In this document: positions 52,634-62,292 of the stretch, piece by piece
Layout: the number at the start of each line of letters is the position of its first letter
Numbering within the stretch: the stretch's first letter is position 1
Source of the DNA: an uncultured bacterium
GTDB lineage: Bacteria; Desulfobacterota_D; UBA1144; Nemesobacterales; UBA2774
Direction: 5' to 3'
NCBI GenBank assembly: GCA_963705505.1
Contig: CAVPJU010000002.1
Span: 62,549 to 126,548 of the forward strand
Length of the DNA stretch: 64,000 bases
The notes under the pieces: model-generated
Databases searched by the model: none
Told to the model about the DNA's origin: nothing
Seen by the model: the letters and a program-made list of their open reading frames with translations, nothing else
Made by a program: the position numbers and the translations under genes

Positions 52634-52731
52634 ATTGCCTTACCTCCTGCTTTTTTGTATGTAAAAGTTTAGCCTAAGGTGTGAAATATTGCCAGTATTT
52701 TTTAGGCGAACGGCCTGAGCTTATCGTCTAT

Positions 52732-53574
52732 TCACCCACGCGGTTTCCTCGCCCACGCGCTTATCCAGGTGTTCGACATCCCCAACCCGTCCGTTGACCC
52801 GCTCGCGATCGCTTCCCCGATAAGTCTCATCTTGAGAGTATCGATGCCGACTTCATCCGCAGTCGCCACACCTAGCTTTTCCATAGTCGGCACGAGGCTC
52901 CTTATAGTGCTCACGAACCAGTCAATGCCGGGAGAGTTCGCCCCACCTATGAACGCGTCGAGGTGCATAGTGGGCTCGGGCAGCCCTGCTTTCTTATAAA
53001 CGGGCAGGAGCTTGAACCCCATCTGCATCTCTGTCCCCGACTTTTCCATCGTGGCGTAGAGCCAGTCCCAGAGCTTCATGAATAATGGTAACGGAGGTAT
53101 AGCGACAGGGCGTATAGTGAAGTCCACCTCCTGAAACGCGACCACGCCGCCTGGCTTGACGTGGCGCAGCAGCACCTTCAGGACTTCCTCAGGCTTGGGC
53201 ACGTACATCAGCACGGCGCGTCCGACAAGGGCGTCGAATACCCCCTCGGGCTCGGCTGCGCTTATATCCCCTCCGACGAACCTTATATTTTTATATCCCC
53301 CTTCCTCGGCTCGTTTTTTTGCGGTCTTGAGAATCTCGGGGTTCCTCTCTATACTGACTACCTCCCCTTCCGGTCCCACCATCTCGGCGAGAAGAAGCGC
53401 GACGTCTCCGGCCCCTGTGCCGAGCTCGAGCACCTTCATACCCCTCTCGATCCCCGCAAGCTCGAATATCCTCCGGGTCGTCTGCATTATTATCCGCGAC
53501 TGCTCCTGAAGCCGCTTCTTTTCATTCTCTGTATCGCTCAATGCGTATTCTTTTTTAAGGTCTGTATCTGCCAT
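52732..53574 (-). CDS. Class I SAM-dependent methyltransferase
   Basis: E..RL..Q, VLELGTGAGDV, FDALVGR, KPGG. Confidence 0.88.
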   Translation of the reverse strand: MADTDLKKEYALSDTENEKKRLQEQSRIIMQTTRRIFELAGIERGMKVLELGTGAGDVALLLAEMVGPEGEVVSIERNPEILKTAKKRAEEGGYKNIRFVGGDISAAEPEGVFDALVGRAVLMYVPKPEEVLKVLLRHVKPGGVVAFQEVDFTIRPVAIPPLPLFMKLWDWLYATMEKSGTEMQMGFKLLPVYKKAGLPEPTMHLDAFIGGANSPGIDWFVSTIRSLVPTMEKLGVATADEVGIDTLKMRLIGEAIASGSTDGLGMSNTWISAWARKPRG

Positions 53575-53716
53575 GTTATTTTCTCCTGCAGTTAGTATAA
53601 CTGTCTCGCGACTGACCCTATAAAATAAATATTCTCCCTGTGGTGGAAAAATTCTCTGCGTCTTTTTCCCATATTCCACGTCTATATTGGTAGAATATCA
53701 ATAAAGGAGGCCCTAG

Positions 53717-53833
53717 ATGGCTGAGCAGGAACAGAAAACAGTAAAATGCGAGTGCGGGGAATGCAGGTGCGGGGACAAGACGTGCGAAAAATGCGTATGC
53801 GAATGCACCTGTACGAGCTGCGAGTGCTGCTGA
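53717..53833 (+). CDS. 38-aa metallothionein-like protein (not in ORF track)
   Basis: AAAGGAGG RBS; MAEQEQKTVKCECGECRCGDKTCEKCVCECTCTSCECC, 12 Cys, no aromatic residues or His. Confidence 0.8.
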   Translation: MAEQEQKTVKCECGECRCGDKTCEKCVCECTCTSCECC

Positions 53834-53912
53834 AATGAGCAATAAGGTGAGAGCGGGCGCGCATTTAACCGTTATACGTTGTGATATAAATGTGCGTCCG
53901 GGCAATAATAAG

Positions 53913-54482
53913 ATGGAAACAAACCGGGAAAGTGAACAGATCTGGGAGGAATTCGCCGGAAGGATAAGGTCCCACCTCCTGAAAAAGCTCAGACGGAGGG
54001 ACGATGTGGAGGACCTCATGCAGGAGATATTCATAAAAATCCACTCCGGCCTGGGGCACCTCAGAGAAAGCGGAAAGCTGTCATCCTGGATATACAGGAT
54101 AGCAGAGAACACGCTCAACGACTATTACAGAAAGAGCCGCGGAACGGATATCGGGTACGATGAAAATAAACCTGTCGCCGGGGATACAAATGAAGAAAAT
54201 CCGCTCGCCGGAATTGAGGGATGCATTGAAGCATTCATCGCGAGATTGCCCGAAAAATACCGTAAGCCTCTCGTGATGAGCGATGTGGAGGGATTGAAGC
54301 AGAAGGAAATTGCGGAGAGTATGGACATCTCCTACTCCGGTTTGAAATCTCGTGTGCAGAGGGGGCGGGAGATGATAAAGGATATGTTCATAGAGTGCTG
54401 CAGGCTTTCCGTCGGCAGGGACGGCAGGCTCACGGGCGAGGTCGGGAAAATGGACGACTGTACCCTGTGCGGCCCTAATTAG
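53913..54482 (+). CDS. sigZ: ECF sigma factor, SigZ-like
   Basis: EDLMQEIFIKIH, SWIYRIA.N...DYYRK, SYSGLKSRVQRGR; C-terminal ECC...CTLC. Confidence 0.8.
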   Translation: METNRESEQIWEEFAGRIRSHLLKKLRRRDDVEDLMQEIFIKIHSGLGHLRESGKLSSWIYRIAENTLNDYYRKSRGTDIGYDENKPVAGDTNEENPLAGIEGCIEAFIARLPEKYRKPLVMSDVEGLKQKEIAESMDISYSGLKSRVQRGREMIKDMFIECCRLSVGRDGRLTGEVGKMDDCTLCGPN

Positions 54483-54679
54483 ATTGTCATTTCGAATCAA
54501 ATCACAAGCATCTTTCTTTAATTGCCTCCTTAGGAAAAGGAGGGTAAGGGGGATTTGCTTTAATTCCGTCATTTCTCTTTTCATCTCCGCCTCCTGCAGC
54601 ATGAGCAGCAGCCCATAAGTCTTTACAGTTGTATATGCATTCCGTATTATTGTAATGGAACGTAATAATCTGCCGATCG

Positions 54680-55993
54680 ATGCCAATGCCCGATATTAAA
54701 AAATGGAAGAAGAGCCTCAGGCTCGATTTCGAATACGAAAATTACAACATCATACTTGTATCCCAGACACGCATCGAGATCATTTCCCCGCCCTCGGATC
54801 CGATAGATCAAGCCAACGATTACAACGGCTACTACGTCAAATTAACCGATCAAGAGAAGAACGTTTTCTACGTTCAAAGAATGCAGAATCCTTTCCGCAC
54901 GGAAACCGAGGCGTACGGTGACGATGCAGCAAGCCCGATCATATACGACCGGCTCAAAAACCCCGACCTGACGTTCTCGATTCTTATCCCCGATCCCGGT
55001 ACCGTTTTTACCCTCGAAATCATAAACAATCCTCTCCAGCCGGAGTTGTTTTTTAAAACAGCAAGGCAGTCGTTTACTTTTACGATCGATCCCGCGGAAG
55101 TAATCCTGCCGCCGATAGCGATAGCTGCGAGAGTTGAGAACGGGGTAATCCTGGGGAAGGAGAAGATCGTCGACCACGGGAATGACAATGAATGCTGGAA
55201 CCTGTCGATTCTTGCAGAAGGCTACAAGGAGAATGAAATACCTAAATTCATCTCCGATGCGAATAAATTCATAAACGAATTTAAAAATTTCTCGCCGTTC
55301 AATGAGTTCTGGCAGAAAACAAATGTATATATTTTAAAAGTCGCATCCACGGACAGCGGCGCTGATCTGCCCGCTCAATGCCAGGAGGGGAATCCCCCGG
55401 TCGATGTACGTACTTATTTCAACGCCAGCTTCTGCGGCGCGGCCGGTAATAAGAGGCTTCTGGTCGTGGATCAGAGAACTGCGAAAAAGGTTTGGGACAT
55501 GTGGATACCGCAGGCGCATATTGCGTTTGCCATGGTCAACAGCGGGATTTATGGCGGGTCGGGAGGAAATGTCCCGGTTTTTTCGACTAACTCACTCTCC
55601 TCCCTCATCGGTATTCATGAGCTGGGGCATAGTTTGTTTAAGCTCGCAGACGAATATGAAACCGCTTATATTAACGATAATCCGGACAATTATGCTAACT
55701 TAACCAGCAAAACCCAGCCGTCTGAAATAAAATGGGCAGACTTAATAATACCCTCTACGCCTATCCCGACCTCGAGAAATCAATGTTCAGGCGGAAACCC
55801 TTTTTCCCACCCCGTCCCGGACGGCACCGTCGGGCTTTTTGAGGGAGGACTTTACAAGACTTGTAATGTATTCAGACCGGAAAAGGACTGTCTGATGCGA
55901 ACCTTGACGAAACGGAGATTCTGCGCCGTGTGCAGCAGAGTAATCCGTAATAAGCTTTCGGAATTATTGCGCGTGGACGAGCCTTTCGTTTAG
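54680..55993 (+). CDS. Peptidase M64 (IgA peptidase-like) metalloprotease
   Basis: ILAEGY, STDSG, YGGSGG, HELGHS...LADEY, EGG, RP...CLM, FC.VC. Confidence 0.85.
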   Translation: MPMPDIKKWKKSLRLDFEYENYNIILVSQTRIEIISPPSDPIDQANDYNGYYVKLTDQEKNVFYVQRMQNPFRTETEAYGDDAASPIIYDRLKNPDLTFSILIPDPGTVFTLEIINNPLQPELFFKTARQSFTFTIDPAEVILPPIAIAARVENGVILGKEKIVDHGNDNECWNLSILAEGYKENEIPKFISDANKFINEFKNFSPFNEFWQKTNVYILKVASTDSGADLPAQCQEGNPPVDVRTYFNASFCGAAGNKRLLVVDQRTAKKVWDMWIPQAHIAFAMVNSGIYGGSGGNVPVFSTNSLSSLIGIHELGHSLFKLADEYETAYINDNPDNYANLTSKTQPSEIKWADLIIPSTPIPTSRNQCSGGNPFSHPVPDGTVGLFEGGLYKTCNVFRPEKDCLMRTLTKRRFCAVCSRVIRNKLSELLRVDEPFV

Positions 55994-56025
55994 TACGGCA
56001 TCCGTGCCCGCTAGTATCTCAAGTC

Positions 56026-56195
56026 GTCATTGCGAGCCGCAGGCGAAGCAATCTCGTTTGTCTTTCATCCTTCATCCTGAGCATTGAGCCTGTCCTGAGC
56101 GTAGTCGAAAGATCGAAGGATGCCTTACTTACTTCCCTCCCCCCTAAAGGGGTGAGGGTTGGGTGGGGGTGTCATTTCGACCAAGGGGAGAAATC
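56026..56195. repeat. Cluster of four REP-like palindromes
   Basis: GTCATTGCGAG..GCAATCTC; TCCTGAGCGTAGTCGAA; CCCTCCCC..GAGGG; GTCATTTCGA..GAGAAATC. Confidence 0.6.
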
Positions 56196-56287
56196 AATCA
56201 TTTAAGCCGTCATCTTCTATAAGGTGAGAAAAATATTGTGCAGCGTTGGCAACTTCAATATTTTCTTTATCATTCTTATTCTTATTC

Positions 56288-56527
56288 TTATTCAATTTTT
56301 TCCTCAGTTTCCCCTATCTTCTCAGAATTAATTCCTTTCTCATCATCGGCATCGGATACTAAAAACTGAGAAGCAATCTTGGAATCATAAGTAATTATAG
56401 ATTGATTGTATGAATAGTCATCGACGACAAAATATCCGCCATCAGTAACTTTGTAAATACTAGATTTATACATGAGCGGCTTCCTCCTCGTAGAAAAATC
56501 TTCTAAGCTTTTGATTTTGCTCTTCAT
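56288..56527 (-). CDS. Hypothetical protein (AT-rich)
   Basis: Short ORF; GAGG upstream of MYKSSIY. Confidence 0.35.
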   Translation of the reverse strand: MKSKIKSLEDFSTRRKPLMYKSSIYKVTDGGYFVVDDYSYNQSIITYDSKIASQFLVSDADDEKGINSEKIGETEEKIE

Positions 56528-56813
56528 TGCTTTGATTTAATCCTTCAACTTCTGCTTCCGTCAATTCGGAATAACCAGCAGGTGTAATTTTGCTAATAAA
56601 TACTCGACCCCCAACTTTTGGGTCTTGAGTAGATGTTTCTGTGATCAAATAAGCAGCTAATGCACAAAGATTTTCAACTTTCATTCTTCTATTATAGAAT
56701 CTATGCAAAAGATAAATTGCATATTGAGGCACACCCGTAAGCATATATCCATTCGAACATAACTGTATCGCAAAATCTATTTGGCTACTTAACAAATATA
56801 TTTTTGGCAACAA
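56466..56813 (-). pseudogene. C-terminal half of a proteasome-beta/Ntn-hydrolase-like protein
   Basis: G...YA..LL.RFY...M....L..LA...I.ET...D..VGG...I..I...G pattern; no N-terminal half or RBS. Confidence 0.5.
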
Positions 56814-56961
56814 ATTCCCATCTATATTCTTGGAACGTACTGATAACTCTTTCTACAGATTTAGTTAGCGTGTCAGCCAATTTCGATACTTCTTTTTCGA
56901 CCTTATCATTCCCCGTTATTTCGATTTTAAGTGGAATTGTGAGGCTGTTAATCTCCGCCAT
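56785..56961 (-). pseudogene. 58-aa N-terminal stub of a tape-measure-like gene (not in ORF track)
   Basis: AAGGAG RBS; MAEINSLTIPLKIEITGNDKVEKEVSKLADTL resembles MAELTEISLNIKVEGKALETLNSQIGKLASTI at 61140. Confidence 0.55.
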
Positions 56962-57040
56962 GTTTACTCCTTACTACAAAACTGATTATTATTCCAAACA
57001 TATTGCCATTATTTAATTTATACTTTATGTTATATTGATT

Positions 57041-57355
57041 ATGAGCAAGTTGCTTTTAACATTGTCAATGTTGATGTTTCTATCATCTTGCACTTGCACT
57101 CCCAATCCCACAGAAAAACAAAAAGAGTTCGCCAAAAAACTCCTTGAAACTCCAGGTATTCTTCATACCGAGTGGCATACTAATTTATCGCTTTGGATTC
57201 AAATCGCACTCAATTCTCTAGGTCCGAACCCGAAATTGCAGGCACAGTTACTCGCTGATCAAATCGTTGCTGCTGGTTATAAATACACTGAACAAGATAT
57301 TTGTGCTAATATATATTTTGGTGATTTCAATCAATTAGCTAGTTCCTGTAATTAA
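57041..57355 (+). CDS. Small lipoprotein, array 1 copy 1
   Basis: LSSC lipobox; family motif PTEKQKEFAKKL..PGI...W...LG.NPK..AQ.LADQI...G....IC..IY...LASSC. Confidence 0.85.
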   Translation: MSKLLLTLSMLMFLSSCTCTPNPTEKQKEFAKKLLETPGILHTEWHTNLSLWIQIALNSLGPNPKLQAQLLADQIVAAGYKYTEQDICANIYFGDFNQLASSCN

Positions 57356-57373
57356 AAATACAGTCAACAATTT

Positions 57374-57688
57374 ATGAAACTATTACCTCCAATCTTATCC
57401 ATATTTATGTTTCTAATATCATGTGCTACTAATCCAACGGAAAAACAAAAAGCATTCGCGATTTCACTTAAAGATAAACCGGGAATCGTTGATGCAACTT
57501 GGCATGATTCTTGGAATCTTTACGTCGCAGTTGATCTTGATGCTCTAGGATCAAACCCGAAATTAAAAGCACAAGATGTTGCTGACCAGATTGCAGACAA
57601 AGGGCTAAAGGATACTCAACAAACCATATGTGTTACTATTTATTTTGGCAATCATAATAGATTAGCCGATTCTTGTAGAAAGTTGTAA
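57374..57688 (+). CDS. Small lipoprotein, array 1 copy 2
   Basis: LISC lipobox and same family motif. Confidence 0.85.
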   Translation: MKLLPPILSIFMFLISCATNPTEKQKAFAISLKDKPGIVDATWHDSWNLYVAVDLDALGSNPKLKAQDVADQIADKGLKDTQQTICVTIYFGNHNRLADSCRKL

Positions 57689-57738
57689 CACTCCCCACTA
57701 TGACCATTGCTAAATTTATTCTTTGTATTTAATCGCCT

Positions 57739-58053
57739 ATGAAGAAAATACTCCTCTACTTATCCATATTCGTACTTCTAATCTCATGTGCTAATAATCC
57801 AACAGAAAAGCAACTAACTTTTTCAAAAAAGCTGCTCAGTACGCCTGGAATAACACATACAGAATGGGGAAATACTTTGACTTTATGGGTAAAAGTGAAC
57901 CCCGATTCCCTTGGCTTAAACGCGAAACCAAAGGCACAAGAACTCGCTAATAAAATCGCTTCAGCCGGAGTGAGAGAAACACAACAAAATATTTGTGTAG
58001 TTATTTATTTTGCGAGCTATAAGGAAATAGCCAGCTCCTGTATAAATTTTTAG
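57739..58053 (+). CDS. Small lipoprotein, array 1 copy 3
   Basis: LISC lipobox and same family motif. Confidence 0.85.
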   Translation: MKKILLYLSIFVLLISCANNPTEKQLTFSKKLLSTPGITHTEWGNTLTLWVKVNPDSLGLNAKPKAQELANKIASAGVRETQQNICVVIYFASYKEIASSCINF

Positions 58054-58212
58054 CTCTCTCATCATTCGATTTGCGAAATCTCTAAGGTTTGTTACTAAAC
58101 TTTTCAGTAAATTTCATTGGCTGCTAATCCGACTGATAAAGCACCTCGCAGAAAAACTCTTTTTGTCATTCCCGACTCCGATCGGGAATTCATACCTTAT
58201 ATATACGACACC

Positions 58213-61140
58213 TCACACCGCCAGCCTGTATTGCCACTCATCTCTCTCTATCGTCTCCCCAATCGAATCGTTTATATTCCCCGATACTATATTGAACGCG
58301 TCGACGAAGGCATTGAAGGATGCCAGCAGCTCCTCACCCACCTTCGCCCGCTCCTCCCGGCTCCCCGCTTTCTTGAATTTCTCGAACTCCGCATCGAGGA
58401 ATTCACCGGCCTTGCCGGGCAATACCCCCAGGCTCTCAAAAGCCCCCTGGAAGAAGTCCCTTATCGCGAATAGGAATTTAGCCTGCAGTTCCGCATTGAC
58501 GAACGCCTCGAATTTCTTCTTAATCTCCTTGCCCTTCGCGTCAAACTCCAAAAGCCTCTCGCCCTTCACCACTGTCTCGGTATCTACCTTGGTATTGAGC
58601 AGGGCTTCGTTTAGCTGCGCCGCCATCTCGGAGGGGAGCTTGAATATGATTGCCTGTACGGCTTCGATGGTCTCTTTGATCTTCTTCTGAATAATATCCT
58701 TTATCGCGTCGTCCCCGCCTACCCCCAGCCCGGCGCCCCGTTTAACCGAAATCTGTGCGATGGAATCTTTAAAGAAGTCCGCGTCGAGGAACTCGGCAAC
58801 CTGAGTCGCCCTCCTCCCGGTTTCGGTTTTTATGGAATCGAAGTCTATATCCAGCCGCGGCGTCTTTTTGAATAGACCGGAAATGAGCGGAATTGCGAAT
58901 GAAATAACCGAAGCTATAGCCCCTATCACGGGTAAAGCGCTTGAGAGGAAACTTCCTATCCCTGCGAGTGCACCACCCTCGGCAAATAACCCCTTAACAC
59001 TATCAATTATGCTCGACACTCCCGGTATCTTAGAGAGCCCTTTCCCGATTGTTTTAAATCCTTTTCCTATATCGAAGATTCCTCCTAACGAACCAAAAAA
59101 TCCTTTTCCGCCGCCATTCCCGCCGCCTCCCGAGCCGTTCTCTCCCCTGAGCACTGCGTCGAGCACTACACGTATGGGATTCGATATGATAGCGGCCGCA
59201 AACTGAGCAAACGTATTCAGCATTGCGTCGAGAGTCGAATCCCAAAGGTCGGACGGACTCGTCTAAATTCCCCTTCAATCCCCTGAATATCAAATCGGCG
59301 AATGTGTTATTAATTTCAGAGGCTATATCAGCCGCAAATACCCCGACTCGTCTAGCGATTTCTGTGCGGTCTCGCTCGTCTCTTTAAATGTCTCGCCTAC
59401 ATCTTTAATATCCTCCTTAACCTCTACGAAAGGCACCTTGACTCCAGGAAAAATTTCTCTGAAAGTTATTTTCGGTAAGGTATCGTTTATTTCTTGTATT
59501 TTTTGTATAACTGCTTGTAATTCTTCCTCCGTCCATTTCTTAGTTGCTTCCCCCGCCTGATTGACATTTTCGCTATAATTACTCAAGCTTTGCGCATTAG
59601 TTACTAATGATTTGTCAACAAGGCTTGTTTCACCCCGAAGCGAACGCAATATGGATTCCAGTAAACTAACATCTTCACCAGTCTTATTGGACTGATCCCC
59701 GGTCTCATCTAGCTCCTTCCTTATCTTTTTAAACTCCTCTACAGCCCCACGTGTAAAATTAGCTAAGGGTTTTGCAGTTTGTGCTGCCAAGAAATTCAAT
59801 CGGGCGACTGAATTGAATTGCATTTATTATATTCTCTCCCGAGAATGCAGTCTTTAGTGATTCTTTAGCATTACTGGCCTGTTCCTCTACAAAATTTCCT
59901 ACGTTGCTTGCTTGTTCTTTAACAAAATTACTGGCAGTTTCTAACTGATTAGAGGTAAAACTGGTTAACTCTCCCAACCGCTCACTTAAAAAATTATTAA
60001 GATCACCGGACTTTTCTTTTAGGAACCCGCTTACTACATCTGCAGCATTCGTAATGGTATCCCCCGCCGCATCTATCTTTTCACCTACGAAATCTCTAGC
60101 ATTACTTAATTTTTCCTTAATAAAATCAGCGGCATCGAACACTTCAGGAAAATTTTCTTTAAGAAAAGCTAAAAAGTTATTCCATAGCTGCTTTAGACCC
60201 TCAATCATTTTGTCAAAGATCTTTAATACTGATTCGGCGAGACTTAATACAAATTCATCGAGTCTGGTATTGTCCTTGATAAACTGGATTCCATTTGACC
60301 AGAGAGTCTTAATGGTTTCTATAGCGGTATTAAATTTTTCACTTACATTTTCTTTTATAAGATCAAAAACCTGCAGCAATGAAATAATTTTCTCTGATAC
60401 AGTCTCTTTTATCCCCTCCCAGGCTGAGGCCGCACTTTCCTTTAATCCTTCCCATAAATTGCTGACTCTCTGAGATGTACCTTCGATGGATTGAACGACG
60501 GAGTCTACAGCATTACTAACACTTTCCTTAACGTTTTCCCATACTTCTTGCGTTTTCTCTTAACTAAATCCCAGTTTTGTATTAACAGTACGACGGCAGC
60601 AACCACCAAAGCTATTACGGCTGCAATAGTCGCAATCTCTAACCCCGACACTGCGAACACAGCTCCGACAGCTTTTGCGACCCCGGCCAATGCGCCGAAT
60701 GCTAGAACCAACGGCAGCACTACCGCTCCGATGGCTGCCATAGTTGTTAGAAATTTTGTTAACTTGGGGTGCTCCTCTCCGAAATTATCAATTGCCCGGG
60801 TAAGTAAAATGATAAAAGCTGTTAAATCTTTCAAGAAATCTATATTGGTATTTACTACTTCTTGTTTGAAGCCATCAATCGCTTTCTTTAAAGTACTTAA
60901 AGTACCTGTTTGATCTTTGAGAGCATCGAATGAGATTCCGAAAAGTGAAATTTCATCCTTGGTATCTCGTACTTTCATAGCTAACAGTTCCAATTCCCTG
61001 CTAATTCCCCTAAAAGTACTGTCAATTATTTTTCCAGTAGTTTCAATCGTAGATGCTAGCTTGCCGATTTGTGAATTTAAAGTTTCTAAAGCTTTCCCTT
61101 CTACCTTTATATTTAATGAGATTTCAGTGAGTTCCGCCAT
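58213..61140 (-). CDS. Phage tail tape-measure-like protein in four frameshifted pieces (60505-61140, 59759-60379, 59323-59823, 58213-59223)
   Basis: Helical N-terminus, hydrophobic IAAVIALVVAAVVLLIQNWDLVK segment, W-spaced amphipathic repeats, Gly-rich and hydrophobic C-terminal part. Confidence 0.65.
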
Positions 61141-61185
61141 TATCTACCTCGTCCTTAATAAATACAAAAGATAAATTGCACATCC

Positions 61186-61214
61186 TTGCATTAAAACTGA
61201 AACGCGTTTATAAT
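61186..61214 (+). promoter_or_regulatory. sigma70 promoter TTGCAT-17-TATAAT, probably giving a leaderless mRNA for array 2
   Basis: -10 ends 8 nt before ATG 61223, no SD; a similar TTGCCA-17-TATGTT at 57003-57031 precedes array 1. Confidence 0.6.
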
Positions 61215-61222
61215 CACGACTT

Positions 61223-61543
61223 ATGAAAAGAGTGCCATATCTACTAACTATTTTTTTATTACTCTTTTCTTGTAATTTCTCAAAACGCGAACCTAGCGTC
61301 AAACAAAAAGAATTTGCGAAAAAACTTCTTCAAACTCCAGGAATACTCAAGGTCGATTGGTACACAACTAGCATTCTTGATGTAACTGTAGATTTAGATA
61401 GAATGGGTATGCATCCTAAGCTAAAAGCGAAAGAACTTGCTGATCAAATTGGATCAGCCGGATACAGATATACTGGTGAAGCCCTATGCGTTAATATCTT
61501 TTACCCCAATCTCAATAAGCTAGCGAGTTCTTGTACTTTTTAG
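61223..61543 (+). CDS. Small lipoprotein, array 2 copy 1
   Basis: LFSC lipobox and same family motif. Confidence 0.85.
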   Translation: MKRVPYLLTIFLLLFSCNFSKREPSVKQKEFAKKLLQTPGILKVDWYTTSILDVTVDLDRMGMHPKLKAKELADQIGSAGYRYTGEALCVNIFYPNLNKLASSCTF

Positions 61544-61551
61544 CAAATCTC

Positions 61552-61875
61552 ATGATAACAAGATATTTTTATCTTCTAACCATTTGTCTACTGCTCTTTT
61601 CTTGTGATTTTTCGAAACTCGAAAATACCGATAAGCAGAAGGAATTCGCACAAACACTTAAAAAAACGCCGGGTATTTTAGATGCGGAGTGGTCAACTTT
61701 CCATATTATTTATGTTACCGTCGATCTCAGTACCTTGGGTCTAAATCCAAAGCTAAAAGCACAAGAGCTTGCTGATCAAATTTCTGCGGCTGGTTTCAAG
61801 TACACCAATGAAGATATATGTGTAAATATTGTTTACGCGAACCGCAATAAATTAGCCAGCTCTTGCATGTTTTAA
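61552..61875 (+). CDS. Small lipoprotein, array 2 copy 2
   Basis: LFSC lipobox and same family motif. Confidence 0.85.
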   Translation: MITRYFYLLTICLLLFSCDFSKLENTDKQKEFAQTLKKTPGILDAEWSTFHIIYVTVDLSTLGLNPKLKAQELADQISAAGFKYTNEDICVNIVYANRNKLASSCMF

Positions 61876-62210
61876 TAGTACATTCAATCAAAATATTTCT
61901 TTGTCTGTTAGCTTTTTGTGTCTTGTTCTTATTCTTGTGATACTAAACCAGTAGAACCCAATGATAAACAAAAAGAATTTTCTCAAAAACTTCTTGAAGC
62001 TCCGGAGATTCTGGAAGCTGAATCGTATAACTCAACATCAATTGAGGTTACAGATGATTTAGGGAAGTTAGATATAAACCCCGAACTAAAGGCTAAACAG
62101 TTAGCCAACCAGATTGCCTCAGCGGGTTATAGCAATACAGGCAAAGGTCTATGTGTATCAATCTACTATCCGAATAGAACAAACTAGCCGGTACCTGCGT
62201 AAACTATAGA
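61876..62210 (+). pseudogene. Small lipoprotein, array 2 copy 3 (frameshifted at both ends; boundaries approximate)
   Basis: SCDTKPVEPNDKQKEFSQKLL...LC..IYYPNR; KLAGTC continues in another frame. Confidence 0.65.
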
Positions 62211-62292
62211 CTGGGCAAGCTTGTGATTCATCCATTTGCTCAGTAATACTCATTTTGAGTATTTTTCGCGTTTGTTTGGTCATTAGGCATAA

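Noticed and set aside
52732..53574. Arsenite methyltransferase (ArsM) next to sigZ
   Set aside because: The protein contains no Cys, whereas ArsM needs conserved catalytic cysteines.
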